DNA from: Candidatus Poribacteria bacterium
Lineage (GTDB): Bacteria; Poribacteria; WGA-4E; WGA-3G
Direction: 5' to 3'
Assembly (NCBI GenBank): GCA_965205015.1
Contig: OZ242029.1
Span: forward strand, 1,568,001 to 1,632,000
DNA length: 64,000 nucleotides
Position numbers and translations under genes: made by a program. Of this stretch, positions 51,716 to 60,543 are shown piece by piece. Each line of letters opens with the position of its first letter. Position 1 is the first letter of the stretch. The notes below the pieces were generated by a model. That model ran no database searches, had not been told where the DNA came from, and worked only from the letters and a program-made list of their open reading frames with translations.

Positions 51716-52774
51716 ATGAAAGCGGCTATACTTGAAAGTCTTGATAACTTGAGTGTGCAAGATGTCCCTGAACCCGAAATTGACGATGATGCCGCTTTGA
51801 TGCGCGTTGAATCCGTCAGTATTTGTGGCTCTGATGTTCGTATTCTCCATCACGGGAATCCGAGAGTCAAACCTCCGACTATCATTGGACATGAGAATTC
51901 CGGTGTCATCGTTAGAACGGGCAAAAATGTGACGCGCGTCAAAGAAGGGGATCGGGTTTCAATTGGTGCTGATGTTCCTTGCGGGCAATGTCATTGGTGC
52001 CGAGATGGTCTCGGAAACAACTGTGCCATTAATTACGCCATCGGTTACCAAATCCCCGGTGCTTTCGCAGAATATATGGAGCTTCCCCGTCTCGTTTTGG
52101 AGGAGGGACCGGTTACACCCTTTGATACGACACTCAGTTTTGATGAAGCCGCGCTTGCGGAACCGCTCGCTTGTGCTATCAACGGGCTTGAACTCGTCAA
52201 CATGTCTCTTGGGAAGACGGTCGTTATCATCGGTCTTGGACCGATCGGATGTATGATGATTGACCTCGCTCGGGTGATGGGTGCGACGAAGGTGATTGGT
52301 ATTCAACGCAGCAAACTCCGAATGGAAATCGCAAAGTTCTATGAAGCCGATGCTTATATCGCTTCTGAAGAAGAAGACGTGATTGAGAGATGCAAGGCGG
52401 AAACGGGAGGCGAGGGACCTGATATCGTTGTTACCACGTGTGCTTCTGTTGAGGCACATGAACAAGCGGTTGAAATGGTAGCCCACCGGGGATACGTCAA
52501 TCTGTTTGGTGGGTTGCCAAAGACGATGCGTCCGATGAGCGTCCTCTCCAATGTTATCCACTATAAAGAGTGTTTTGTGACAGGTTCACACGGCTGTGTG
52601 CCACGACACCATGAGTTGGCGGTCCGGCTCCTTGAAAAAGGTTTGGTCCGTGTGAAACCCCTCATCACACACCATTTTCCGCTTATTGAAATTGACAAAG
52701 CGTTTGAGGCAATGGAATCCCGACAAGGGATGAAGATAATGATTCATCCGCATCAGGAGGAGAAAAACACGTAA
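51716..52774 (+). CDS. Zn-dependent alcohol/polyol dehydrogenase (L-iditol dehydrogenase-like)
   Basis: ICGSD, GHE, CGQCHWC...C, GLGPIG. Confidence 0.88.
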   Translation: MKAAILESLDNLSVQDVPEPEIDDDAALMRVESVSICGSDVRILHHGNPRVKPPTIIGHENSGVIVRTGKNVTRVKEGDRVSIGADVPCGQCHWCRDGLGNNCAINYAIGYQIPGAFAEYMELPRLVLEEGPVTPFDTTLSFDEAALAEPLACAINGLELVNMSLGKTVVIIGLGPIGCMMIDLARVMGATKVIGIQRSKLRMEIAKFYEADAYIASEEEDVIERCKAETGGEGPDIVVTTCASVEAHEQAVEMVAHRGYVNLFGGLPKTMRPMSVLSNVIHYKECFVTGSHGCVPRHHELAVRLLEKGLVRVKPLITHHFPLIEIDKAFEAMESRQGMKIMIHPHQEEKNT

Positions 52775-53289
52775 TGCACGATTTTGCACAATTTATCCGA
52801 GAAATACCCGACTTTCCGAAACCGGAGATTCTCTTTAAAGACATCACGCCACTTATAGGAAATGCAAATGCCTTTCATCGGGTGCTTGATGAGTTCGCGC
52901 TCCGTTATAAATCCGAGGCAATTGATGTAGTTGCTGGGACTGAGGCGCGCGGTTTCATTTTCGGTACAGCGCTCGCGTATCGATTCGGGGTCGGTTTTGT
53001 CCCTATCCGAAAAAAAGGAAAATTGCCTTACGATACGCACGAAGCCACTTATGATCTTGAATACGGGACTGATACGCTTGAAATTCATCAGGACGCGTTT
53101 CCGAAGCACAGCAGGATCCTGTTATGCGATGATATCTTAGCAACTGGGGGAACACTTGCTGCATCGGTCGATCTCATTGAAAAGCTGGAAGGTCACATCG
53201 TTGGGATCGCACTCTTAATTGAGTTAACTGAACTCAACGGCAGGGAGAAGGTCCCAAACCACGACATTTTTTCGCTCATTAAATATTAG
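52774..53289 (+). CDS. apt: Adenine phosphoribosyltransferase
   Basis: PDFPKPEILFKDIT, EARGF, RKKGKLP, LEYG, DDILATGGT. Confidence 0.96.
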   Translation: MHDFAQFIREIPDFPKPEILFKDITPLIGNANAFHRVLDEFALRYKSEAIDVVAGTEARGFIFGTALAYRFGVGFVPIRKKGKLPYDTHEATYDLEYGTDTLEIHQDAFPKHSRILLCDDILATGGTLAASVDLIEKLEGHIVGIALLIELTELNGREKVPNHDIFSLIKY

Positions 53290-53300
53290 GATTAACGCAT

Positions 53301-53373
53301 GCGCCTGTAGCTCAGGGGATAGAGCAGGGGCTTCCTAAGCCTCGTGTCGGGGGTTCGATTCCTCCCAGGCGCG
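53301..53373 (+). tRNA. tRNA-Arg (anticodon CCT)
   Basis: GCGCCTG/CAGGCGC acceptor stem, D-arm, GGGGC-TTCCTAA-GCCTC anticodon arm, GGTTCGATTCC T-arm; CCA not encoded. Confidence 0.95.
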
Positions 53374-53445
53374 TTTTTAACGTTTGTGTCGTCAAAATCT
53401 GACCGTGATAACCGTGATGAAAGCGGGTTTTGATAGCACGCATCG

Positions 53446-53578
53446 GTAGCCTGCAACAATACGCAGAGATGCCCAAGCAAAAACACGCAGGCGGATATAC
53501 GGAAAGGAACTTCAAACTTGAAACCGACCTATCCGAACCGCAAGGTAAAATTAAAAAACCGCAAGGAATAATTAAAAA
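53446..53578 (+). repeat. Family L leader repeat with tandem 3' ends, before secD
   Basis: GTAGCCTGCAACAATACGCAG...CCGCAAGGTAAAATTAAAAAA-CCGCAAGGAATAATTAAAAA-ATG. Confidence 0.82.
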
Positions 53579-55525
53579 ATGTACAGATTCAGTATCTGGA
53601 AAATAGTTTTAATCCTCGGGGTCTTTCTGTTTTCCGTACTCTACCTCATTCCTACCCCGGATGACTTTTACAATCCCTTGTACGGAAACCTACCGCTCTG
53701 GATGCAGGAGAAACTCCCACCCTTTGAAGTCACTGAAGACAACACTTTGAAGGTAAATCTCGCAGATGTCGAGTACCCCGAAGGAATTAACTTCCAGGAC
53801 GCAACCTTTGAGCTTCAGGATGTCTTTCGAGTCCACTTAAGGAAACTTGAACTTGAAGAGACACGGGATTATGAGTTTGATACCACTGAGGCACGCGAAT
53901 TTTATGTGCGACTTCTCTCGGAGAATGCACGTCAGAACCCACGCGCAACACTTGACGGTTTACATCTATACGGTAGCCTCCCAACCGTCCTACGGCGACT
54001 CATACCCGATAACCGATTGAAATTAGGATTGGACCTCAAAGGGGGGGTCCACCTCGTTCTTGAGGTAGATTTGGAAACCTCCAAGGCAGAATTGCTCCGT
54101 GAACATACCCACTCGATTCCCGAACGGCTTCGCACAGACGATGTTTTATGCCGGGAAGTTAAACAGGTAGATGGACAAAACACACTCAACGTGTTCGTGG
54201 GAATCCCTTCCAGACTCCGGTCGGATGCTGATGAAAAGACAAAATATCTGGAGAAAGCCCAACGTCTCCTCAACGAAATCGAATTTTTTGAAGATGCCCA
54301 GATCGGTACCGAAACAGAAACGCAGACCACATATCAGTTAGCACTCAGTGAACGAGGTATTCAGAGGTATAGTGAGCAGGCGATCGAGCAGGTGCTGATT
54401 GTCTTGCGAAACCGCGTTGATGCATTCGGTGTTTCAGAACCCTCTATCCGACGAGAAGCGAATCACCCGAGAATTATCGTTGAACTCCCAGGTGCCAAAG
54501 ACTCCTCGAAGCCGCTGCAAATCGTTAAGACCATGGGCAGGCTCGAGTTTAAACTTGTTAAAAAATCACCGACGGGCGGGAGTTTGTGGAGCGGGACTTC
54601 GGATACACCGATCCCAGATAGTATCCCCGATGATAGTGAAGTCCGCTATCACTACGAAACCGGTAATTGGTACGTGCTTGAAAGCCCGGTTCTCCTGAGC
54701 GGTGACCGTATCAACGATGCTGGACCCTCTACAGGTAGAACCAGTTTTGACATCGTCGTTTCAATGAGTTTTGATAGTATCGGCAGACGCAAATTCGCGC
54801 AGGTCACAGGGGACCATGTTGGTGAACATTTGGCGATTCTCCTTGATGGAAAGGTGCAATCTGCGCCTGTTATCCAAGATCAGATTATCGGAAACGCCAT
54901 TATTCAAGGAAATTTCACCTATGAGGAAGCGAGTTACCTTTCCAATATCCTGAAAGCAGGCGCGTTTCCAGTAGGTGTTCAGATCGCTGAGGAACGGACT
55001 GTCGGTCCCACGCTTGGGCAGGAATCCATTGACGATGGCGTTCTCGCTGCACTTATTGGGTTGGGCGGGGTTCTCATTTTCATGGTGATTTACTACCGCT
55101 TATCTGGAATTGTCGCTATCATCGCGCTCGTCTTTAATATGTTCATCATCCTTGGGGCATTGGCAGGCTTCGGCGCGGCGTTGACGCTTCCGGGTATTGC
55201 TGGGCTTGTCCTGACGATCGGTATGTCTGTTGACGCGAATGTGCTCATCTTCGAGCGAATTCGCGAGGAATTACGGACCGGCAAAACCGTCTGGTCGGCT
55301 ATCACAAGCGGGTATCAACGCGCATTTATAACAATTTTAGATGCCAACCTTACGACGTTCTTTACCGCACTGGTCCTCTATCATTTCGGGACGGGTCCGA
55401 TTAAAGGGTTTGCGGTAACGCTCGGTATCGGTATTCTCGCGAGTATGTTCACGGCGATTATTGTCACACGCGAGATATACGGCTTGACTATTGGAAATAG
55501 AGAGGTGCAGAAACTCAGCATTTGA
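53579..55525 (+). CDS. secD: Protein translocase subunit SecD
   Basis: LGLDLKGG, RNRVDAFGVSEP, VGPTLG, TIGMSVDANVLIFERIREE, DANLTT. Confidence 0.96.
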   Translation: MYRFSIWKIVLILGVFLFSVLYLIPTPDDFYNPLYGNLPLWMQEKLPPFEVTEDNTLKVNLADVEYPEGINFQDATFELQDVFRVHLRKLELEETRDYEFDTTEAREFYVRLLSENARQNPRATLDGLHLYGSLPTVLRRLIPDNRLKLGLDLKGGVHLVLEVDLETSKAELLREHTHSIPERLRTDDVLCREVKQVDGQNTLNVFVGIPSRLRSDADEKTKYLEKAQRLLNEIEFFEDAQIGTETETQTTYQLALSERGIQRYSEQAIEQVLIVLRNRVDAFGVSEPSIRREANHPRIIVELPGAKDSSKPLQIVKTMGRLEFKLVKKSPTGGSLWSGTSDTPIPDSIPDDSEVRYHYETGNWYVLESPVLLSGDRINDAGPSTGRTSFDIVVSMSFDSIGRRKFAQVTGDHVGEHLAILLDGKVQSAPVIQDQIIGNAIIQGNFTYEEASYLSNILKAGAFPVGVQIAEERTVGPTLGQESIDDGVLAALIGLGGVLIFMVIYYRLSGIVAIIALVFNMFIILGALAGFGAALTLPGIAGLVLTIGMSVDANVLIFERIREELRTGKTVWSAITSGYQRAFITILDANLTTFFTALVLYHFGTGPIKGFAVTLGIGILASMFTAIIVTREIYGLTIGNREVQKLSI

Positions 55526-55720
55526 TGGTTATCGGTTGTCAGTCGTCAGTTATCAGTCACAAGAGACTTCAGTTAACCGAAAACCTCTTAACTGAAGACT
55601 CAAAATCAGCAGCCTCCAACAATACGCAGAAACACCCAAGCAAAAACACGCAAGCGACTCTTGAGAAGAGCGCATCAAAGTTCAAACTCACGTTGTTTCT
55701 CCGCAAGGTATAATTAAAAT
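55526..55720 (+). repeat. Family H repeat followed by family L leader, between secD and secF
   Basis: TCAG/TCGG heptamers and AAGAG...CCTCTT, then AACAATACGCAGAAACACCCAAGC...CCGCAAGGTATAATTAAAAT-ATG. Confidence 0.8.
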
Positions 55721-56644
55721 ATGGAATTCCTTAAAAATACAAACTTCGATTTTATCAGTAAACACCGGAGCGGTTTTGTCTTCTCCGCCATAATTATCGT
55801 TATCGGTTTGGTTTTTCTTGTCATTCATCAGGGACCCAATTTCGGAATCGATTTCCGCGGTGGTGTTAAGATCCAAGCCAAGTTCAACAGAGCGGTTACT
55901 GAAGCCGAGTTGCAAGCCAAACTCACTGAAGTTGGCTATGAACGTGCCAAAATCCAGATAGATGCCAGTAAAAATGAGGCATTCGTCTCTATGGGGCATC
56001 GTCCTGAGTTTCAGCAGCAGGGCACAAGTGTGGGAAGAATTCTCACAGATGCTTTACTTGAAGGTGGCAATGGTTGGCAGGCACTCACTGGTGGGGTCAA
56101 TATCTCTGAAGTCGGACCGAGTGTCGGACGTGACCTTAAATTGGCGGCACTCTGGTCGGTGTTGGGTGCAATTGCTATTTTGTTGATATATATCTCTTGG
56201 CGATTTGAGTTCCGTTTTGCCATCGGTGCAATCGCCGCACTTGTCCACGATGTCCTTATTACCTTGGGTCTCTTTGCCGTTCTTTCAAAAGAAATTAATC
56301 TACCAACTGTCGCCGCATTCCTCACGATTATTGGCTATTCACTCAACGATACAATCGTCGTATTCGACCGAATTCGGGAAAATACACAAACCTTACGTGG
56401 CACTGACTACGTTGCAGTTTTGAACAGAAGCATTAATCAGTCCCTAAGTCGAACCGTTATTACCTCTTTGACAACGCTGTTTGTTGTTCTGGTTATCTTC
56501 CTCATCACCGGTTCAGGCGAGGAAATTAACACGTTCGCCTTGGCACTCATCGTCGGTATATTGGTAGGTACATACTCTTCAGTATTCATCGCGAGTCCGA
56601 TCCTGTATCTCTGGAACCGCGGACGACCGCAAGCAGAGGCTTAA
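55721..56644 (+). CDS. secF: Protein translocase subunit SecF
   Basis: GIDFRGG, VGPSVG, ALVHD, GYSLNDTIVVFDRIREN, GTYSS. Confidence 0.96.
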   Translation: MEFLKNTNFDFISKHRSGFVFSAIIIVIGLVFLVIHQGPNFGIDFRGGVKIQAKFNRAVTEAELQAKLTEVGYERAKIQIDASKNEAFVSMGHRPEFQQQGTSVGRILTDALLEGGNGWQALTGGVNISEVGPSVGRDLKLAALWSVLGAIAILLIYISWRFEFRFAIGAIAALVHDVLITLGLFAVLSKEINLPTVAAFLTIIGYSLNDTIVVFDRIRENTQTLRGTDYVAVLNRSINQSLSRTVITSLTTLFVVLVIFLITGSGEEINTFALALIVGILVGTYSSVFIASPILYLWNRGRPQAEA

Positions 56645-56651
56645 ACGTCGA

Positions 56652-57392
56652 ATGAAAGTATTGGTCTTCAGTCCTTACACGACGGGGCAAAAATATAAAC
56701 CCAATAATCTTCTTCGGGGTGAGGATTGCAGTTCGCCTGAGCATCTTGAGCGGCGCATAAAAGAATTATGTGGTTACAACGATGAGGGATGGTATCATGA
56801 AAGTCGAGACTACAGCGCGCCCGCTGGGGAGATGTTCACGGGACCTTTGAATACCCAATTACGGGCAGGCTTGAAACAAATTCGGGAACACGCGCAATAC
56901 GGTGAGACGACGCTGGATCTATATTTTCCGTGGTATTTCTGCCGCGTTGACGGGAAAAAGAGTCCAGTTAACGAAGAAGACCTTATCGTGCCTTTTGACA
57001 CTGCGCCACTTCACGAGCTTGAGGTTTTAGAATTTGGTGAGAGTGGCATCCCTGAACGGACGGTAGATTTAATCGAGCGTTACGACCTCGTTTTTTTATT
57101 ACTGAGACCCGACGATATTCTGTCACTACAACGCGTTTTTGAGGTGGAACGGACGACACCGCTGATTTTCTTACTCGCGCCGAGTCATAAGCACGTCGTG
57201 AACGAAGAATTGCCGAATTTCCACGTCGTTGAGACTGGAAGGGCTTTACAGAGAAGCCTTCGCACTACAAATTGGGCTCTAAAAGGGGTTGTGTTGAGAC
57301 GGTTGTGTGAAGCCGCCTGTCGTGATGGTTTTCATGTTTTTGAACAAATCAAACAAGACCCTCAGCAGCTGATTGAAATTGCACATAGGTAG
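56652..57392 (+). CDS. Hypothetical protein (weak YaaA/DUF6884-like APAGEMFTG motif)
   Basis: 246-aa ORF immediately after secF; family assignment is weak. Confidence 0.55.
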   Translation: MKVLVFSPYTTGQKYKPNNLLRGEDCSSPEHLERRIKELCGYNDEGWYHESRDYSAPAGEMFTGPLNTQLRAGLKQIREHAQYGETTLDLYFPWYFCRVDGKKSPVNEEDLIVPFDTAPLHELEVLEFGESGIPERTVDLIERYDLVFLLLRPDDILSLQRVFEVERTTPLIFLLAPSHKHVVNEELPNFHVVETGRALQRSLRTTNWALKGVVLRRLCEAACRDGFHVFEQIKQDPQQLIEIAHR

Positions 57393-57426
57393 TAAAGTAA
57401 AGAGTGTTGTAAAAGAACAAAAGAAG

Positions 57427-58863
57427 ATGAATCTTCCAATGCCCGTTATCAATGACAGTTCACGCCGCATTATCGGTGAATCCGCACCGATGCAGGCGGT
57501 TTTGCGTCAAGTCGCGCAGGTCGCGCCGACGAAAGCGACTGTCCTCATCACAGGCGAAACGGGTGTTGGCAAAGATGTCATCGCGCAGGCGATCCACGAA
57601 GGGAGTCCGCGTAAAAACCGCCCCTTTAAAGCCGTCAACTGCGGTGCATTTTACCAGGATCTCCTTCAAAGTGAACTCTTCGGGCATGAAAAAGGATCTT
57701 TTACGGGAGCAACGAGCCAACGACGGGGTGTGTTTGAACAAGCGGACGGCGGCACACTCTTTTTAGATGAGGTCGGCGAAATGTCGCCTGAAGTACAGGT
57801 GAAATTCCTGCGGGTCCTTGAGACACAGGAATTCACACGGCTCGGTGGCGAAAAAAATATTAAAGTCGATGTCCGAATTATCGCCGCCACAAATATTGAC
57901 CTTGCGACATCTGTGAGGCAAAAAAAGTTCAGGCAAGATCTCTACTACCGATTGAACCTATTTCGTATCCATATTCCACCCCTGCGCGATCGACGCGAGG
58001 ATATCCCGCTTTTCGTCCGTGCATTTATCACCGAGTTAAGCGCAGAACACGGTAAACCCATTACCGGCATCACCCAAGAGGCACTTAATTATCTCCAGAA
58101 TGCTGACTGGCTCGGCAATGTTCGTGAATTGAGGAATGCCATAGAGACTGCTATTATTCTCTCCACCACTGAAGAACTGCAACTTAAAGATTTCCCGATA
58201 GATCCGGAACCTGAACAAGTTTCGTTGCTTCCTGTACAAGTCTCTGGCACGCAACTCGCACCTACGCGGGTGGTTGACACAACCGACAACGACACTCAAC
58301 TGCTTGATGTAACTGGGGAAGCTTTACAAGTTGTTGATACGCCCGGTAATGCGATCGCAACAGAAAACATGGTGATTTACAAGACGATCTTAGGGCTTAT
58401 CCTCTCTGCAATTCGTCTGCTTGAACCAACCGCTACCGCGAGCGATGAGATGCCGTTTCTAATCCCAGATGAAGATACCAGTTGGATGCAACTTAGCGAA
58501 ACAGACGACGCCGCAGGTGTCCTCAAAAAAGCGTTGGAAGTGCTTTCAGCGATAGCCAAAGTGCTTGAGAATCGGGCGCAGAACGGAATTTTACCGATCG
58601 CTGCACCGATGGAACAACAGGGCGGTTCACAGGTGCCGGGCGAGTATCTACCCGTGCTTGACGATGAGGAGGTTATTGGCAGGGTCGGTATGACAATGGC
58701 AGAAATTGAGCGAGCGGCTATCCAAAAGACGCTCGCAGAAGTCGGCGGTAACAAAACAGAGGCGGCGAAAATTCTTGATATCGGTGTGCGCACGCTACAT
58801 CGCAAGTTGGACGCTTACAGACAGACGGCCGACGATTCAGATGATAACCTCAATCGGGCGTAG
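57427..58863 (+). CDS. sigma54-dependent enhancer-binding protein without receiver domain, long AAA+-to-HTH linker
   Basis: GETGVGK, SELFGHEKGSFTGA, FLDE, FRQDLYYRL, GNVRELRN, NKTEAAKILDIGVRTLHRKL. Confidence 0.9.
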   Translation: MNLPMPVINDSSRRIIGESAPMQAVLRQVAQVAPTKATVLITGETGVGKDVIAQAIHEGSPRKNRPFKAVNCGAFYQDLLQSELFGHEKGSFTGATSQRRGVFEQADGGTLFLDEVGEMSPEVQVKFLRVLETQEFTRLGGEKNIKVDVRIIAATNIDLATSVRQKKFRQDLYYRLNLFRIHIPPLRDRREDIPLFVRAFITELSAEHGKPITGITQEALNYLQNADWLGNVRELRNAIETAIILSTTEELQLKDFPIDPEPEQVSLLPVQVSGTQLAPTRVVDTTDNDTQLLDVTGEALQVVDTPGNAIATENMVIYKTILGLILSAIRLLEPTATASDEMPFLIPDEDTSWMQLSETDDAAGVLKKALEVLSAIAKVLENRAQNGILPIAAPMEQQGGSQVPGEYLPVLDDEEVIGRVGMTMAEIERAAIQKTLAEVGGNKTEAAKILDIGVRTLHRKLDAYRQTADDSDDNLNRA

Positions 58864-58977
58864 CACTTTAATACTGCTTATACATATAATGTAAGTTCGG
58901 TAAAAGATTCTCCGTTGCCGCTAATGTCTCGTGTACTCTCGGGAACTCTTTAGCAATCTCTCATAACAAAGAAATTT

Positions 58978-60450
58978 ATGGATTCCTTTCGTTTCTTTAT
59001 TCTTCTTGTGTGTGCTGGTATTCCCGCACTGCTTCCGAGTAGTGGATTTGCGGCGGATACCCCATCTGTTCCAGCATTTCCGGGTGCCGAGGGTTATGGC
59101 GCGATGACACGCGGCGGTAGGGGTGGGGAAGTCATCGTCGTGACGAATCTGAACGACTCCGGACCCGGTAGCTTGCGCGAAGCCTGTGAAGCCGAGGGAC
59201 CGCGGATTGTCGTGTTCACGGTTTCGGGGACGATCACGCTTGAAAGTCGATTAACAATCTCTAATCCGTATATCACCATCGCTGGACAAACGGCGCCAGG
59301 CGATGGTATCTGTATTAAGAAATATCAGCTCTCAATTAATGCAAGCGAGGTGATTATCAGATATATAAGGGTGAGATTGGGAGATGAGACGGATAATGAC
59401 GCAGATGCCGTATCAGGCAGGTATCACAAGAACATCATCCTTGACCATGTATCGGCGAGTTGGAGTATTGATGAAACGGTGTCTATTTACTATTGCGAAA
59501 ATGTGACGATTCAGTGGTGTCTGGTATCGGAGAGTCTATACAATGCTGGCCACGTCAAAGGGACGCACGGGTTTGGCGGAATATGGGGATCAAATTATAG
59601 TACCTACCATCATAATCTGCTGGCGCACCACAGCAGTCGCAATCCGCGGTTTGCATCCGGTTGTGGCTATAACGATTTCAGAAATAATGTCGTGTACAAT
59701 TGGGGTTATAACAGTGCCTACGGGGGTGAGAAACGACACGAGGGCGACGATCGGTTTAACTTTACCATTGTCAACATGGTCGCCAACTATTTTAAGCCAG
59801 GACCTGCAACCCGTCCGGGCAAGGGAACGCATCGGATTATTAATCCATCATCGAGGGGGTTGGACGACGGTTTTGGAAAGTGGTATGTTGCCGATAATGT
59901 TGTTCAGGGCAACCCCGCAGTTACAGCTGACAACTGGGACGGTGGCGTGCAACCTCAGGGTGGCAGTTCACATATCGCAGGACTAAAACTTGACGAACCT
60001 TTTGATGCTATACCTATCAACCAGCAAACCGCTGAAGAGGCATATTCTGCTGTTCTTGAGAGTGTCGGTGCCTCGTTGCCGAAACGCGATGCGATAGATG
60101 CCCGCATTGTTGATGAAACCCGGAACGGTTATGCGACTTATGAAGGGGACACATACAAAAATAAGAGGCACGTACCTGATGAATCTAAAAAGTGTGGTAT
60201 TATTGACTCACAGGCAGATGTTGGTGGGTGGCCCCAACTCAAAAGCCTGCCTGCTCCACCTGACAGCGATAGTGACGGCATGCCGGACGCGTGGGAAAAG
60301 AAGTACGGGTTTGATTCGCATGACGCTTCCAATGCCGCAGAGGACGCCGACAATGATGGATACACCAACATTGAGGAGTACCTCAACAGCACCGATCCGA
60401 CGGCGTATGTGGACTATACCAAGCCCGAAAATAACGTAAACACGCTATAA
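58978..60450 (+). CDS. Pectate lyase (PL1-like), secreted
   Basis: PAFPGAEGYG, GPGSLREA, GQTAPGDG, LDHVSASW, SRNPR, C-terminal DSDSDGMPDAWE Ca-binding repeats. Confidence 0.9.
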   Translation: MDSFRFFILLVCAGIPALLPSSGFAADTPSVPAFPGAEGYGAMTRGGRGGEVIVVTNLNDSGPGSLREACEAEGPRIVVFTVSGTITLESRLTISNPYITIAGQTAPGDGICIKKYQLSINASEVIIRYIRVRLGDETDNDADAVSGRYHKNIILDHVSASWSIDETVSIYYCENVTIQWCLVSESLYNAGHVKGTHGFGGIWGSNYSTYHHNLLAHHSSRNPRFASGCGYNDFRNNVVYNWGYNSAYGGEKRHEGDDRFNFTIVNMVANYFKPGPATRPGKGTHRIINPSSRGLDDGFGKWYVADNVVQGNPAVTADNWDGGVQPQGGSSHIAGLKLDEPFDAIPINQQTAEEAYSAVLESVGASLPKRDAIDARIVDETRNGYATYEGDTYKNKRHVPDESKKCGIIDSQADVGGWPQLKSLPAPPDSDSDGMPDAWEKKYGFDSHDASNAAEDADNDGYTNIEEYLNSTDPTAYVDYTKPENNVNTL

Positions 60451-60543
60451 CTCCCACGGCCACCTCCACTGGGATTACTCGGTTTCTGTATCAGACAATT
60501 TTAATTCATTTGACATCTTTTGGCAAAGGAAAATTCACTTCTC

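Noticed and set aside
53301-53578. tRNA-Arg as an island or prophage integration site
   Set aside because: No integrase and no duplicated tRNA 3' end seen; housekeeping secDF follows
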